Shown: positions 1 to 8,346, numbered from the stretch's first letter. The stretch: DNA of 30,270 bases from Ilumatobacteraceae bacterium (GCA_049444115.1 JBMTPW010000001.1:1-30270), one strand, 5' to 3'. The notes: generated by a model from the letters alone, not told the origin. Numbers and translations: made by a program.

Positions 1-123
1 CGAGTGGTTCGACGTTCCGATAGTTCTCCCGGCAAGAAAATGACCTGGGAAATCCCAATGGAACAGGTTTCATAGAGCAACTGCGGCTTGCGTCCGGTGT
101 TCACAAGACGTATTCGCAGGTGT

Positions 124-822
124 TCACCGATAGGAGCGGATGATGCGACGGCCAATCCGATCAACGAGTGCCCGATAGTGGACTTCCTTGTCGTCGATGA
201 CGTTGTGCAGGTGTCCGAAGAGCTCGAGCGTGATCGCCCCGATCAGATTCATCCAACCAGCGATACCAGCGAGCAGAAGTTCGTCGGAGACATCGAACTC
301 AAGTCGTCGACGGAGATATTCGAGTTCCGATGCCAGTGCGTCATCTGGCTGCGGTCCAGGGCTCGGACCAGCTCCTGAGCGCTCGATGTCGACGAGCAAT
401 CGGATGAGAACGTTCGTGTAACGACTTGCTGGGCCGATTGTGTCGGTGGGGGCAACGTAGCCGGGTACAGGCGTTCCGAAAATGAGGCCGTAATCAGCCG
501 GGTGCTCGATGGCCCACCTGCGAATCCCGAAGGCCACGGCACGCCAGCGACCAACGAGGTCGTCACGGGGAACTGCTGCGTCGGCGACTTCGACGGCTCG
601 TCCGACATCGTCGTAACTATCGATGATGAGTTCGGTGAGGAGTTGATCACGGCTCGGGAAGTAGCGGTAGATCGCCGAACTCACCATTCCGAGATCCCTG
701 GCGATCGCGCGCAGGGACAGGTTCGGTGCACCGTCGCGTGAGATCTGTTCCCTGGCGAGTCGTTTGATTTCGGTGACCAACTCGGCGCGAAGTCGGGCCC
801 GGATTCCAGTTCCCGTTGTCAT
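124..822 (-). CDS. TetR/AcrR family transcriptional regulator
   Basis: N-terminal HTH 'LSLRAIARDLGMVSSAIYRYFPSRDQL'. Start refined to ATG 822, with TACGCT 6 nt upstream. Divergent from the epimerase gene. Confidence 0.93.
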   Translation of the reverse strand: MTTGTGIRARLRAELVTEIKRLAREQISRDGAPNLSLRAIARDLGMVSSAIYRYFPSRDQLLTELIIDSYDDVGRAVEVADAAVPRDDLVGRWRAVAFGIRRWAIEHPADYGLIFGTPVPGYVAPTDTIGPASRYTNVLIRLLVDIERSGAGPSPGPQPDDALASELEYLRRRLEFDVSDELLLAGIAGWMNLIGAITLELFGHLHNVIDDKEVHYRALVDRIGRRIIRSYR

Positions 823-853
823 GCGTCCAGCGTATTGGCTGTCCGTGAGAAAC

Positions 854-908
854 GAGAGCACCGCTCTTGACTCGGACCTGTGCTCTCTGTAGTGTGAGCA
901 GTGCTCTC
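854..908. promoter_or_regulatory. Tandem TetR-type operators, consensus GAGAGCA-N-TGCTCTC
   Basis: GAGAGCAcCGCTCTT at 854-868, half-site TGCTCTC at 881-887, GTGAGCAgTGCTCTC at 894-908, all between the divergent tetR and epimerase genes. Confidence 0.8.
867..895 (+). promoter_or_regulatory. Sigma70-type promoter of the epimerase gene
   Basis: TTGACT (867-872), 17-nt spacer, TAGTGT (890-895). SD AGGAGG at 929-934 precedes GTG 939. Confidence 0.75.
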
Positions 909-938
909 GGTTTGAGGGTCGAACTGTCAGGAGGCATC

Positions 939-1874
939 GTGCAGCACCATCTCGTACTCGGAGCCGGGCCGATTGGTTCCGGAATCTCTCGGCGACTCGC
1001 CGAGCAGGGAAAGCCGGTCACCATCGCAACCCGATCGGGCAACGGGCCCGACCATCCTCTCGTGTCGAAGGTTCGACTTGATGCAACCGACTCGGAACAA
1101 TTGACGGCCCTCGCTCACGGGGCGGCCGTCATTTTCAACTGTGTCAATCCTCCGTATCACCGCTGGGGGTCCGACTGGCCGCCGTTGCACCAGTCGATCA
1201 TGACGGCGGCCGAACGCACCGGTGCTGTCGTGGTGATGACCGACAACCTCTATTGCTTCGGGCCCAGCTCCTCGATGCCGATGCGGGAAGGCGATCCGAT
1301 GACAGCCACCGGCGTCAAGGGAGGTATGCGCCGACGCATGACCGAAGAACTCCTGGCTGCCCACGCTGCTGGTCGACTACGCGCCACGCTTGCTCGGGCC
1401 AGCGACTTCTATGGACCCGATGTCGTCTACGGAGGTTGGGAGCGGGTCATTCCGCGGGTGCTCGCCGGCAAGAAGGTGTCAGTCCTCGGCCGACTCGATA
1501 CGCCGCACAGTTTCACCTATGTTCCTGATGTCGTCACCACGATGGTTGCCATCGCCACCGATGAACGTGCCTGGGGGCGGCCGTGGCACGTGCCCAGTGC
1601 TCCTGCGGTCAGCCAGGGTGACGTCGTGCAGCTCTTCGCTGCGGCCGCTGGTACCACTGTGCAGATGAGCTCTGTGCCGAGTCTGGCTCTCACATTGGGC
1701 GGACTGTTCAACCCAACCTTGAAATCCGTGAAAGAGGTCCTCTACCAGCGCGACAAGCCTTGGGTCGTCGACGCCTCGCTCACCGAGAAGACATTCGGCC
1801 TGGCGGCCACACCACTGGCCGAAGGAGCTGCGGCGACGGTGGCATGGTGGACGAGTCGTTCGAAATCGGCCTGA
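939..1874 (+). CDS. NAD-dependent epimerase/dehydratase family protein (atypical SDR)
   Basis: Rossmann motif 'HLVLGAGPIG', plus 'RASDFYGP' and 'HSFTYVPDV'. Start refined to GTG 939 after AGGAGG. Confidence 0.88.
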   Translation: MQHHLVLGAGPIGSGISRRLAEQGKPVTIATRSGNGPDHPLVSKVRLDATDSEQLTALAHGAAVIFNCVNPPYHRWGSDWPPLHQSIMTAAERTGAVVVMTDNLYCFGPSSSMPMREGDPMTATGVKGGMRRRMTEELLAAHAAGRLRATLARASDFYGPDVVYGGWERVIPRVLAGKKVSVLGRLDTPHSFTYVPDVVTTMVAIATDERAWGRPWHVPSAPAVSQGDVVQLFAAAAGTTVQMSSVPSLALTLGGLFNPTLKSVKEVLYQRDKPWVVDASLTEKTFGLAATPLAEGAAATVAWWTSRSKSA

Positions 1875-1979
1875 TCGATCCGATGCTCCGTAGATCAGCC
1901 AGCTCTACTGCATGGTGACTGAGGCCAATCAAGGGAGAAACAACGGGAAATGGCGCCAATCCGGCGAGGACAGGCGCCC

Positions 1980-2180
1980 GTTTGGCGACATGTGGACACA
2001 CGTTCTGCCACTCAGCTTTCGTCGGGCGAAACTCCACCGATCAGACCGTTGATTCCGTCCTCGTCTTCACGAATGAAGAATGGGTTGCCTTCTGGCCACA
2101 ACATGTGCTCTCGCATCTCGAGTGGACGTTCAGCTGTTCCGTGAAGAGTCGCACCAAAGGCATCTGGAACGACATGCCTG
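1980..2180 (-). pseudogene. Possible decayed GNAT N-acetyltransferase remnant (boundaries approximate)
   Basis: Minus frame reads 'PDAFGATL..AERP.E...FFIREDEDGINGLIGG.SPDES*VAERVS'. This resembles GNAT segments 'PDAFGSTL', 'FVAE..G..VGLVGG' and 'AELVSMW'. In-frame TGA at 2014-2012; no clear start. Confidence 0.35.
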
Positions 2181-2261
2181 GCCGAACTACAGAGGCTCGA
2201 TGAGACCAGCAGAGGCCTGGTGGCTGACCTGGAGCGGGCCAAGAACTCGGTTGGCTCGACT

Positions 2262-2289
2262 TAGTTTTGTCGACTGAAAAAACTATTAT
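2262..2289 (+). promoter_or_regulatory. Inverted repeat overlapping the -10 of the second tetR (probable autoregulatory operator)
   Basis: TAGTTTT (2262-2268), N10, AAAACTA (2279-2285). TATTAT at 2284-2289 lies 6 nt before GTG 2296. Confidence 0.7.
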
Positions 2290-2295
2290 CGGGGC

Positions 2296-2925
2296 GTGGC
2301 CGGGAAATCCACGCAACAACGAGAACGGCGCGAGAGTTCGGAGAAGGTGCTTCAGCGCATCCTCGACAGTGCGGCGACCCAGTTTGCAGCACTCGGTTTC
2401 GAGGGTGCTTCGACACGGGTGATTGCGGAACATGCAGGTGTGCACCAGGCACAGATCGGGTATCACGTCGGATCGAAAGATGAACTGTGGCGCGCCACCG
2501 TGGACCTGCTGTTCGCTCGCCTTCGATCACAGCTGGACAACGCATTGCCGCAGAAGCTCGACGAGCCCGTGTCAGACCCCGTTCGGGTGTTCGAAGACCT
2601 GATTCGTCTCCACGTGGGACACACCGCCAACCATCCGGAACTGAGCCGCATCATGTTGATGGAGTCGGCGAGGAGATCCGAGCGGGTGGTCTGGCTGTTG
2701 AAGCAACACGTTCGACCAGCCCTCGCCGCGCTCGAACTCGTCTGGGCCGAGGTGAGGGCTGTCGGCGGAGGCCGAGATGTCTCGGCCGAAGAGGTGTTCA
2801 TGATGATGATCAGCCTCGCACCGACACCGTTCGCACAGGCAGGCCTGATGCGCTCGTTGTTGGGCAACGAACGGTGCGCACCCGAACGACATGCAGAAGC
2901 GATGATCGAATGGATCCTACGATGA
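2296..2925 (+). CDS. TetR/AcrR family transcriptional regulator
   Basis: HTH 'GFEGASTRVIAEHAGVHQAQIGYHVGSKDELW'. Stop overlaps the next start (ATGA). Confidence 0.93.
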   Translation: MAGKSTQQRERRESSEKVLQRILDSAATQFAALGFEGASTRVIAEHAGVHQAQIGYHVGSKDELWRATVDLLFARLRSQLDNALPQKLDEPVSDPVRVFEDLIRLHVGHTANHPELSRIMLMESARRSERVVWLLKQHVRPALAALELVWAEVRAVGGGRDVSAEEVFMMMISLAPTPFAQAGLMRSLLGNERCAPERHAEAMIEWILR

Positions 2926-4607
2926 CGGACAAGACAACCATCCGGGCCACGGTCGGCAACGACCACACCGAGATCTATGTACTTCCTACCGACGTCGTCG
3001 TCGAGCGCGATGTGATGATTCCCACCGCTCAGGGGCCACGTCTCGCAGCCAACGTGTTTCGTCCACTGTCAGGTGGACCATGGCCGGTGATCATGTGCTG
3101 CACCACCTACGGCAAAGACCTGCACCCTCTGGACTACACGCTCACCGGTCGTGGTCCGGCGAATCGCTCGATCGGTCTCGACATGGGTGACATGCGTGTC
3201 AGCGAGGCGACACCGTTCGAAGCCGCGGATCCCGGCTACTGGGTTCCTCACGGCTTCGTCGTCGTTCATGTCGATGCCCTGGGGTCGGGGAAGTCCGAAG
3301 GCGGGCCAGCTCTGGGACTTGGCGATGAAGTAGTCGCTGCGTTCTGTGATGCGATCGGTTGGGCAGCCGACCAGGAGTGGAGCACGGGTAAGGTCGGCCT
3401 GAACGGAGTGTCCTATCTCGCTGCGGTGCAGTGGAGGATCGCCGCTCGCCGCCCTCGCGGATTGACGGCAATCGTTCCGTGGGAGGGATTCACCGATGTG
3501 CTCGCGGACGTGGTGAGCCACGGAGGCATTCCTGAGACGGCGTTCTTCCCATGGTGGATGTCAGGAGAGAAGAGCGCATCGCCGGCCGATGACGGTGGCC
3601 CCTTTTTCGTCTGCGAGAAGCCGACCGTGGGTCCTGGGCCACTGGCTGTTTTCGAGGGTCTTCCACTCGGATTGACACCGAATCGAAGCGATTTTCCAGT
3701 ACCGGTCACCGACTTCGGGGCGATCGAGGTACCGATACTCGTTTGCGGGTCGTGGTCGGCACAAGGTCTGCATTCGCGAGGAGCCCTGAAAGGGTTTGCT
3801 GCAGCGGCATCGAAGCACAAGCACCTGTATACGCACGGTCGCCATGAGTGGACGGTGTCGAACAGCATCGACGCTCTGAACTATCAGCGAGCCTTCTACG
3901 AGCGATATCTTCTCGGGCGCGATGTGACGGTCCCCAGAGTCAGACTCGAAGTGCGCCGTTCGTTGGAGGAGTACGAGGCTCGCTTCGAGGATGATTTCCC
4001 CCCGAAGACTGCGAAGGTTGCGGAGTGGTATCTCGACTCCGCAAGTCGCTCTCTGGTGCCCGAGCCGATCGCAGCAGGCTCATCGGCGTCCTATGAAAGC
4101 CAGTCGGCCGATGATCGCCTCGTCTTCCGTCACCGTTTCGCCGAGGACACGGAGATCTCGGGACCGATGGCACTGCGTTGCTTCATGTCGACCAGTGCCG
4201 GATTCGATCTCGACCTGTTCGTCGGTGTTCGGAAGATCGACGAACGGGGAAGCGAGGTCCGGTTCTGGAATCGCTTGTCGCGGAGTGACATCGTGACTCG
4301 TGGCTGGCTGCGCGCATCACGACGTCCGGATCCACCAACGGTGGTCAGTTCGCTCGTGCCCGTTGCCGACTATGACCGCGAACGTCCAGTGGTACCGGGC
4401 GAGGTGGTCGAACTCAATGTCGAGATCCTGCCGTCGAGCACGTCCTTCGAGGCCGGATCGTCGCTGGTGCTCGAACTTCGTGGTCGTGACATCACCGAAC
4501 TCCCGAACTTCCAGCACCACCGCATCTTCAATTGCGGACGGCACACGCTCTTCACGGGTGGAGAGTTTCCCTCGAGACTCCTCGTTCCGGTGGTTCGCCG
4601 CAGTTGA
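2922..4607 (+). CDS. CocE/NonD family alpha/beta hydrolase (X-Pro dipeptidyl-peptidase-like)
   Basis: 'TYGKD', nucleophile elbow 'GVSYLA', 'THGR' His, C-terminal jelly-roll 'EISGPMALR..VTRGWLRAS'. Start refined to ATG 2922, overlapping the tetR stop. Confidence 0.9.
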   Translation: MTDKTTIRATVGNDHTEIYVLPTDVVVERDVMIPTAQGPRLAANVFRPLSGGPWPVIMCCTTYGKDLHPLDYTLTGRGPANRSIGLDMGDMRVSEATPFEAADPGYWVPHGFVVVHVDALGSGKSEGGPALGLGDEVVAAFCDAIGWAADQEWSTGKVGLNGVSYLAAVQWRIAARRPRGLTAIVPWEGFTDVLADVVSHGGIPETAFFPWWMSGEKSASPADDGGPFFVCEKPTVGPGPLAVFEGLPLGLTPNRSDFPVPVTDFGAIEVPILVCGSWSAQGLHSRGALKGFAAAASKHKHLYTHGRHEWTVSNSIDALNYQRAFYERYLLGRDVTVPRVRLEVRRSLEEYEARFEDDFPPKTAKVAEWYLDSASRSLVPEPIAAGSSASYESQSADDRLVFRHRFAEDTEISGPMALRCFMSTSAGFDLDLFVGVRKIDERGSEVRFWNRLSRSDIVTRGWLRASRRPDPPTVVSSLVPVADYDRERPVVPGEVVELNVEILPSSTSFEAGSSLVLELRGRDITELPNFQHHRIFNCGRHTLFTGGEFPSRLLVPVVRRS

Positions 4608-4759
4608 GGCGGGCACGCGTAGCGACTTGATCGGCATCGAACCGATCACGTCGGTGGGGGGCGCGAGGGGCAGAGAATTGCAGCGAGATCGAGGAAGCAT
4701 GACACTCGATGAACGCTTCAGAGGAGGTGCCGGGTGCGACTTCAGCATATGGTTGCCGT

Positions 4760-5758
4760 ATGACATCGTTGACCCCATTGCCCGAAGACCTCGAAGACGT
4801 CCTGTCGAAGCATGCCGATGTCGAGTTCACAGCGGAGGGCCGTCCCGCCCGGATGGAAATGGTGAGAGCCGAGAATCTCGTCGCAGCGAAATATTGGGGT
4901 CGATTTCAGCTCAGGATTGTCGCCACTTTTCTTGTGTTCGCCGTGTGCTGGGTTCTCGTCCTCGTGCTCGGAATCTCGGGTGTGCTGCCTTTGTGGCTCG
5001 GTTTGATCCTCAACACAGTGTTTGCTTCCACCTTCTATATGCCGATGCACGAGGCAACGCACAAGAACATCAGGGGAAAGAGTTCACGTGGACACTTCGC
5101 GGAGGAGGTCATCGGGCGTCTCTCATCCATTCCGACAGGAATCGAATTCACGTCGCACAGGGCCGGCCACATGCGCCATCACGCTCACACGAATGACCCG
5201 ATCCGCGACCCCGATCACTTCACCGAGGGGCGGTTGGCGGAGCTCCCGCTGAAGTTCTACGGAATGACCATGCTCTACGCCTTTCTTCCAATGTTTGCTC
5301 TTGTCAAGCCTCTACGAGTCCTTCTGCCGAAGTCTCTCCGCGCCAAGTTGACCGATCGTGAGGGTTCGAAGGCAGAAGGGAAAGCTCAGATCCGGTACTG
5401 GTTGCTGTCCACCGGAGTTCTTGTGGCGTGTGTGTCGACCGGTCATGGTCTGGAAGCGCTGTGCCTATGGTGGTTGCCGGCCCGCTTGCAACTGTGTTGG
5501 CTGATGTTCATTTTTGCCTGGTTCCCCCACCACCCGGCGAAAGAAACGAGCCGCTATCGACACACCCGGGTGGCTGTGTTTCGGGGTTCAGGTCTCCTCA
5601 TTCGTGGCCACGATTACCATGCAATCCATCATCTCTACCCACGGGTGCCTCACTATCTACTCAAGAAGGTTTGGAACGAGTTGGCCGATGATCTGGTGTC
5701 GCGGGGCGTGCGGGCAGAGGGCCGAGCGCCCAATTCGATGGGTCCTGTCGTGTGGTGA
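4760..5758 (+). CDS. Membrane di-iron fatty acid desaturase family protein, CrtR (beta-carotene hydroxylase)-like
   Basis: Three His boxes (HEATH, HMRHH, HAIHH), 'HTNDPIRDPDHF' and hydrophobic segments. Start refined to ATG 4760, with TATGGT 6 nt upstream. Confidence 0.88.
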   Translation: MTSLTPLPEDLEDVLSKHADVEFTAEGRPARMEMVRAENLVAAKYWGRFQLRIVATFLVFAVCWVLVLVLGISGVLPLWLGLILNTVFASTFYMPMHEATHKNIRGKSSRGHFAEEVIGRLSSIPTGIEFTSHRAGHMRHHAHTNDPIRDPDHFTEGRLAELPLKFYGMTMLYAFLPMFALVKPLRVLLPKSLRAKLTDREGSKAEGKAQIRYWLLSTGVLVACVSTGHGLEALCLWWLPARLQLCWLMFIFAWFPHHPAKETSRYRHTRVAVFRGSGLLIRGHDYHAIHHLYPRVPHYLLKKVWNELADDLVSRGVRAEGRAPNSMGPVVW

Positions 5759-5780
5759 AGTCGTCGGGGCGGTGACGACT
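5759..5780 (+). terminator. Hairpin immediately after the desaturase stop (possible terminator without U-tract)
   Basis: AGTCGTC, 8-nt loop, GACGACT, between convergent genes. Confidence 0.35.
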
Positions 5781-5880
5781 GCGAATCGAGTTGCATACGT
5801 CGATGGTGGCGATGAGTCGCACAAGTCAGCGAGGCCAGCCGGAGAGAAATCCGTGACCTCTTGCGCTCACGACGATCAGC

Positions 5881-6732
5881 TCATTCCTCGATCACCGACA
5901 GGAATGCATCGGCAAAAGTCGCGGGCGAAGAAGTATCTACGTCGAGAAACAATGCAGGCTCGACCAGTTCGAGTTCCATCACGATCGGCCCTCGGTCCGT
6001 GGAGACCAAGTCGACGCGTGCATACGTCACAGTCGAGGGCGTGACGTCGAGTGCTGCCAGCGCAATTGCAATCTCATCCGCCGTGGCGCGGTGAAGGTGG
6101 ACACTTCCTCCGTGATGGTCTTGAACTCTGTACTCGCCCGGTGACGGGATCTTCTGTACGGCGTGGCTCAACTGGCCACGGGCGAACATCAAAGAGGTCT
6201 CGCCAGACTCGAGTACGGAAGGTACGAATGGCTGTACGAGAACGTCCCCTGCAGCAGCGAGCTCGATGATGTGGGCTGCAGTCTGCGGATCGTTCGCATA
6301 GGCTCGTAGCGCGCCGATGGCACCGATCGACACCGCTGGTTTGACGACGACTTCGGCCTCGGTTGGCAACTGGTCGGGCGAGACGGAATCGGTTCCCTTC
6401 GGCAGCACTTGGGTGGGCACGACGGGGACGCCTGCCGCAGCAAGGTCGAGGAGATACGACTTGTGCGTGTTCCATCTCAAGACCTTTGCCGGGTTCACCA
6501 AATTCGTGACCGAGTCGACGTACTCCGCCCATTGAAGGAACTCGTCGAGTCGCTGGAAGTAGTCCCAGGGCGTTCGAATCACCACCAGGTCGGATGACGT
6601 CCAATCAAAAGCCGCGTCCCACGGCACCAATGTCGCGCTGACATCCCGTCGCCGGAAGGCCTCGAGAAGCAGGTGAGACTCGAGATCGGGCTTCGGGAGA
6701 GAGGTAGCCGTGACGAGTGCAATGCTGGCCAT
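5881..6732 (-). CDS. ATP-grasp ligase (RimK/GshB-like; DcsG-like subfamily)
   Basis: 'VVIRTPWDY', 'WNTHKSYLLDL', 'VVKPAVS', 'LVQPFV', 'YARVDLV', 'MELELVEPALFL'. Start at ATG 6732 or TTG 6762. Confidence 0.85.
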   Translation of the reverse strand: MASIALVTATSLPKPDLESHLLLEAFRRRDVSATLVPWDAAFDWTSSDLVVIRTPWDYFQRLDEFLQWAEYVDSVTNLVNPAKVLRWNTHKSYLLDLAAAGVPVVPTQVLPKGTDSVSPDQLPTEAEVVVKPAVSIGAIGALRAYANDPQTAAHIIELAAAGDVLVQPFVPSVLESGETSLMFARGQLSHAVQKIPSPGEYRVQDHHGGSVHLHRATADEIAIALAALDVTPSTVTYARVDLVSTDRGPIVMELELVEPALFLDVDTSSPATFADAFLSVIEE

Positions 6733-6816
6733 CTGGTACACGACCCTAGTAGAGGGCGACAAATCCTGAAGAGACGCATTGAATGTTGATGCACATCCGA
6801 GTTGCGGACGCCCTGG

Positions 6817-7644
6817 TCAGTCTCCACCGGCAGCAGAGGACGTGAAGCTCACGAATACCGACTCCTCATTCGTGACCACTCCGAACATGCGCGGGTAACC
6901 ACTCGGAGGTTCGCCAAAAGACGTTTCCCAGATGACGGACCCGCCTGTTGTATCGATGACCTGTAAATCGAACCACAGGGCGAAGAGCCGTCCCTGTGCC
7001 ACGTGCCATGGCCAGCTGTACCCTCTGGCGTCGATCTTCCACAGTTCTTCACCGTTGGCCACCTTGTACGCCACGATTGATGCACTCGCCGTCTCCCCGT
7101 CCAGGTCGAATGCCCGAACGAAGACTGCTTCGCCATCGGTCGCCCACACGTCGTCGTACACCGGATTCCCGATGACTCGCCACATCTCTGTTCCGGAGAT
7201 TGCGTCGACGCCGACCAATGGATCGTCCTGCCCGCCTCTCACTCGAATCGTGGAGGTCGCCGGAGGGTCGCGTCGTATCCGGTCGGCATCAGTCGGCAGA
7301 TCCTCCGAAAAGGCGCTGTCCCTTCTTTCGAGAACGGTTCCGGTCCTGGCCTCGACACGAATGGTTCGTGGAGGGTAGGGGATTTCGACCCACACGTCGT
7401 CAGCCGTGGCCGCCACGGCGATGTGCATATCGGAACTGGTGTCACAGACGACCCACTGAAACGTTCCGTCCTTCGTGGCATAGGAGGCGAGAATCGGGAA
7501 CTCGCCTGCGGGGCACATGTCGACAGGAGCGGGTCCATGGTCGGCGGAATCGTCTCCGCCGCTCTCCGGTGAACTCTGAGATCCACACCCAATCAGCCAG
7601 ACGGACGTCATTGTGAGCAAGAAGAAGGGTCGTAATGCTTTCAT
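6817..7644 (-). CDS. Lipoprotein with PQQ-binding-like beta-propeller repeats
   Basis: Signal peptide with lipobox 'MKALRPFFLLTMTSVWLIG|C', a Ser/Gly/Asp linker, and repeated 'D/E-x-x-T/S-G-x-x-x-W'-type blade motifs. Confidence 0.75.
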   Translation of the reverse strand: MKALRPFFLLTMTSVWLIGCGSQSSPESGGDDSADHGPAPVDMCPAGEFPILASYATKDGTFQWVVCDTSSDMHIAVAATADDVWVEIPYPPRTIRVEARTGTVLERRDSAFSEDLPTDADRIRRDPPATSTIRVRGGQDDPLVGVDAISGTEMWRVIGNPVYDDVWATDGEAVFVRAFDLDGETASASIVAYKVANGEELWKIDARGYSWPWHVAQGRLFALWFDLQVIDTTGGSVIWETSFGEPPSGYPRMFGVVTNEESVFVSFTSSAAGGD

Positions 7645-7684
7645 CGACCAATGTCCTTGCATCTCCGAGTACGGCATTCGAGCT

Positions 7685-8164
7685 CTATCGAGGATCCTCT
7701 ACCAAACGCGAAGCGCGGCTGATCTTTCGTCGAGCCATGACATAGACGACTCCGACCAAGAGCGCATCGACTCCAAAGGTGGCCCAAGCCATGGTTGCAG
7801 CCCGGGTGGTCATGACGACTTCAGCAGCATCGCGGGTCACCGAACTGAGGGCGAACAGGAGAACGAGGGAAGTGGCGATCAAGGCGAACTTTGCTTGTTT
7901 GTATCCGTGAACGTTGGCTCGAGTTGCATACCAGACTCCAAGTGATGCCACGACAACGAGCAATGAGTACGCCGGCAGATTCCTCAATACGCCCTGCCAG
8001 CCTTGTACGAGGTCGCTCTCGTCGGCTCCGGGTGACGCGGTGCCGACAACGAGCGACCAGATCCCGTTCAGAATCAATGCGACGAAAGTTCCGAAGAAGA
8101 ACAGCCAAGCAAATTTGATCTCTCTACTGCCAGCGGCGTAGCCAGATGGATTCGTCATCGACAT
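7685..8164 (-). CDS. Hypothetical integral membrane protein (about 4 TM)
   Basis: SD AGGAGG 5 nt before ATG 8164, four hydrophobic segments, basic C-terminal tail. Confidence 0.75.
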   Translation of the reverse strand: MSMTNPSGYAAGSREIKFAWLFFFGTFVALILNGIWSLVVGTASPGADESDLVQGWQGVLRNLPAYSLLVVVASLGVWYATRANVHGYKQAKFALIATSLVLLFALSSVTRDAAEVVMTTRAATMAWATFGVDALLVGVVYVMARRKISRASRLVEDPR

Positions 8165-8346
8165 GGTTACCTCCTATGCGGTGGATGGTATCTCGCGGTT
8201 CATCTGCGTGATTCGTGCTCGACATTGGATCGGGACTTCCGTACCGGCCTCATGAGAATGGTGCTCCGGATCTGTGTGACCCCTGTGCGGAACCTCCGAC
8301 TCTCATCAAGGTGATGTGAATTCGCTGTTGCTCTAGCATCGAAACA

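Noticed and set aside
1-123. Possible gene end or start at the left edge
   Set aside because: Short open frames exist on both strands but no motif is recognisable without flanking sequence.
2012-2014. In-frame TGA in the GNAT-like remnant as a selenocysteine codon
   Set aside because: No SECIS-like hairpin is evident, the frame degrades afterwards, and the position is not a Cys site.
2487-2921. 145-aa N-terminal extension of the 706-aa ORF
   Set aside because: It overlaps the tetR in another frame and is Arg-rich nonsense. ATG 2922 overlapping the tetR stop is the natural start.
4656-4661. G6 tract as a phase-variation site
   Set aside because: Short, intergenic, about 90 bp from the candidate -10, and unremarkable at this GC content.
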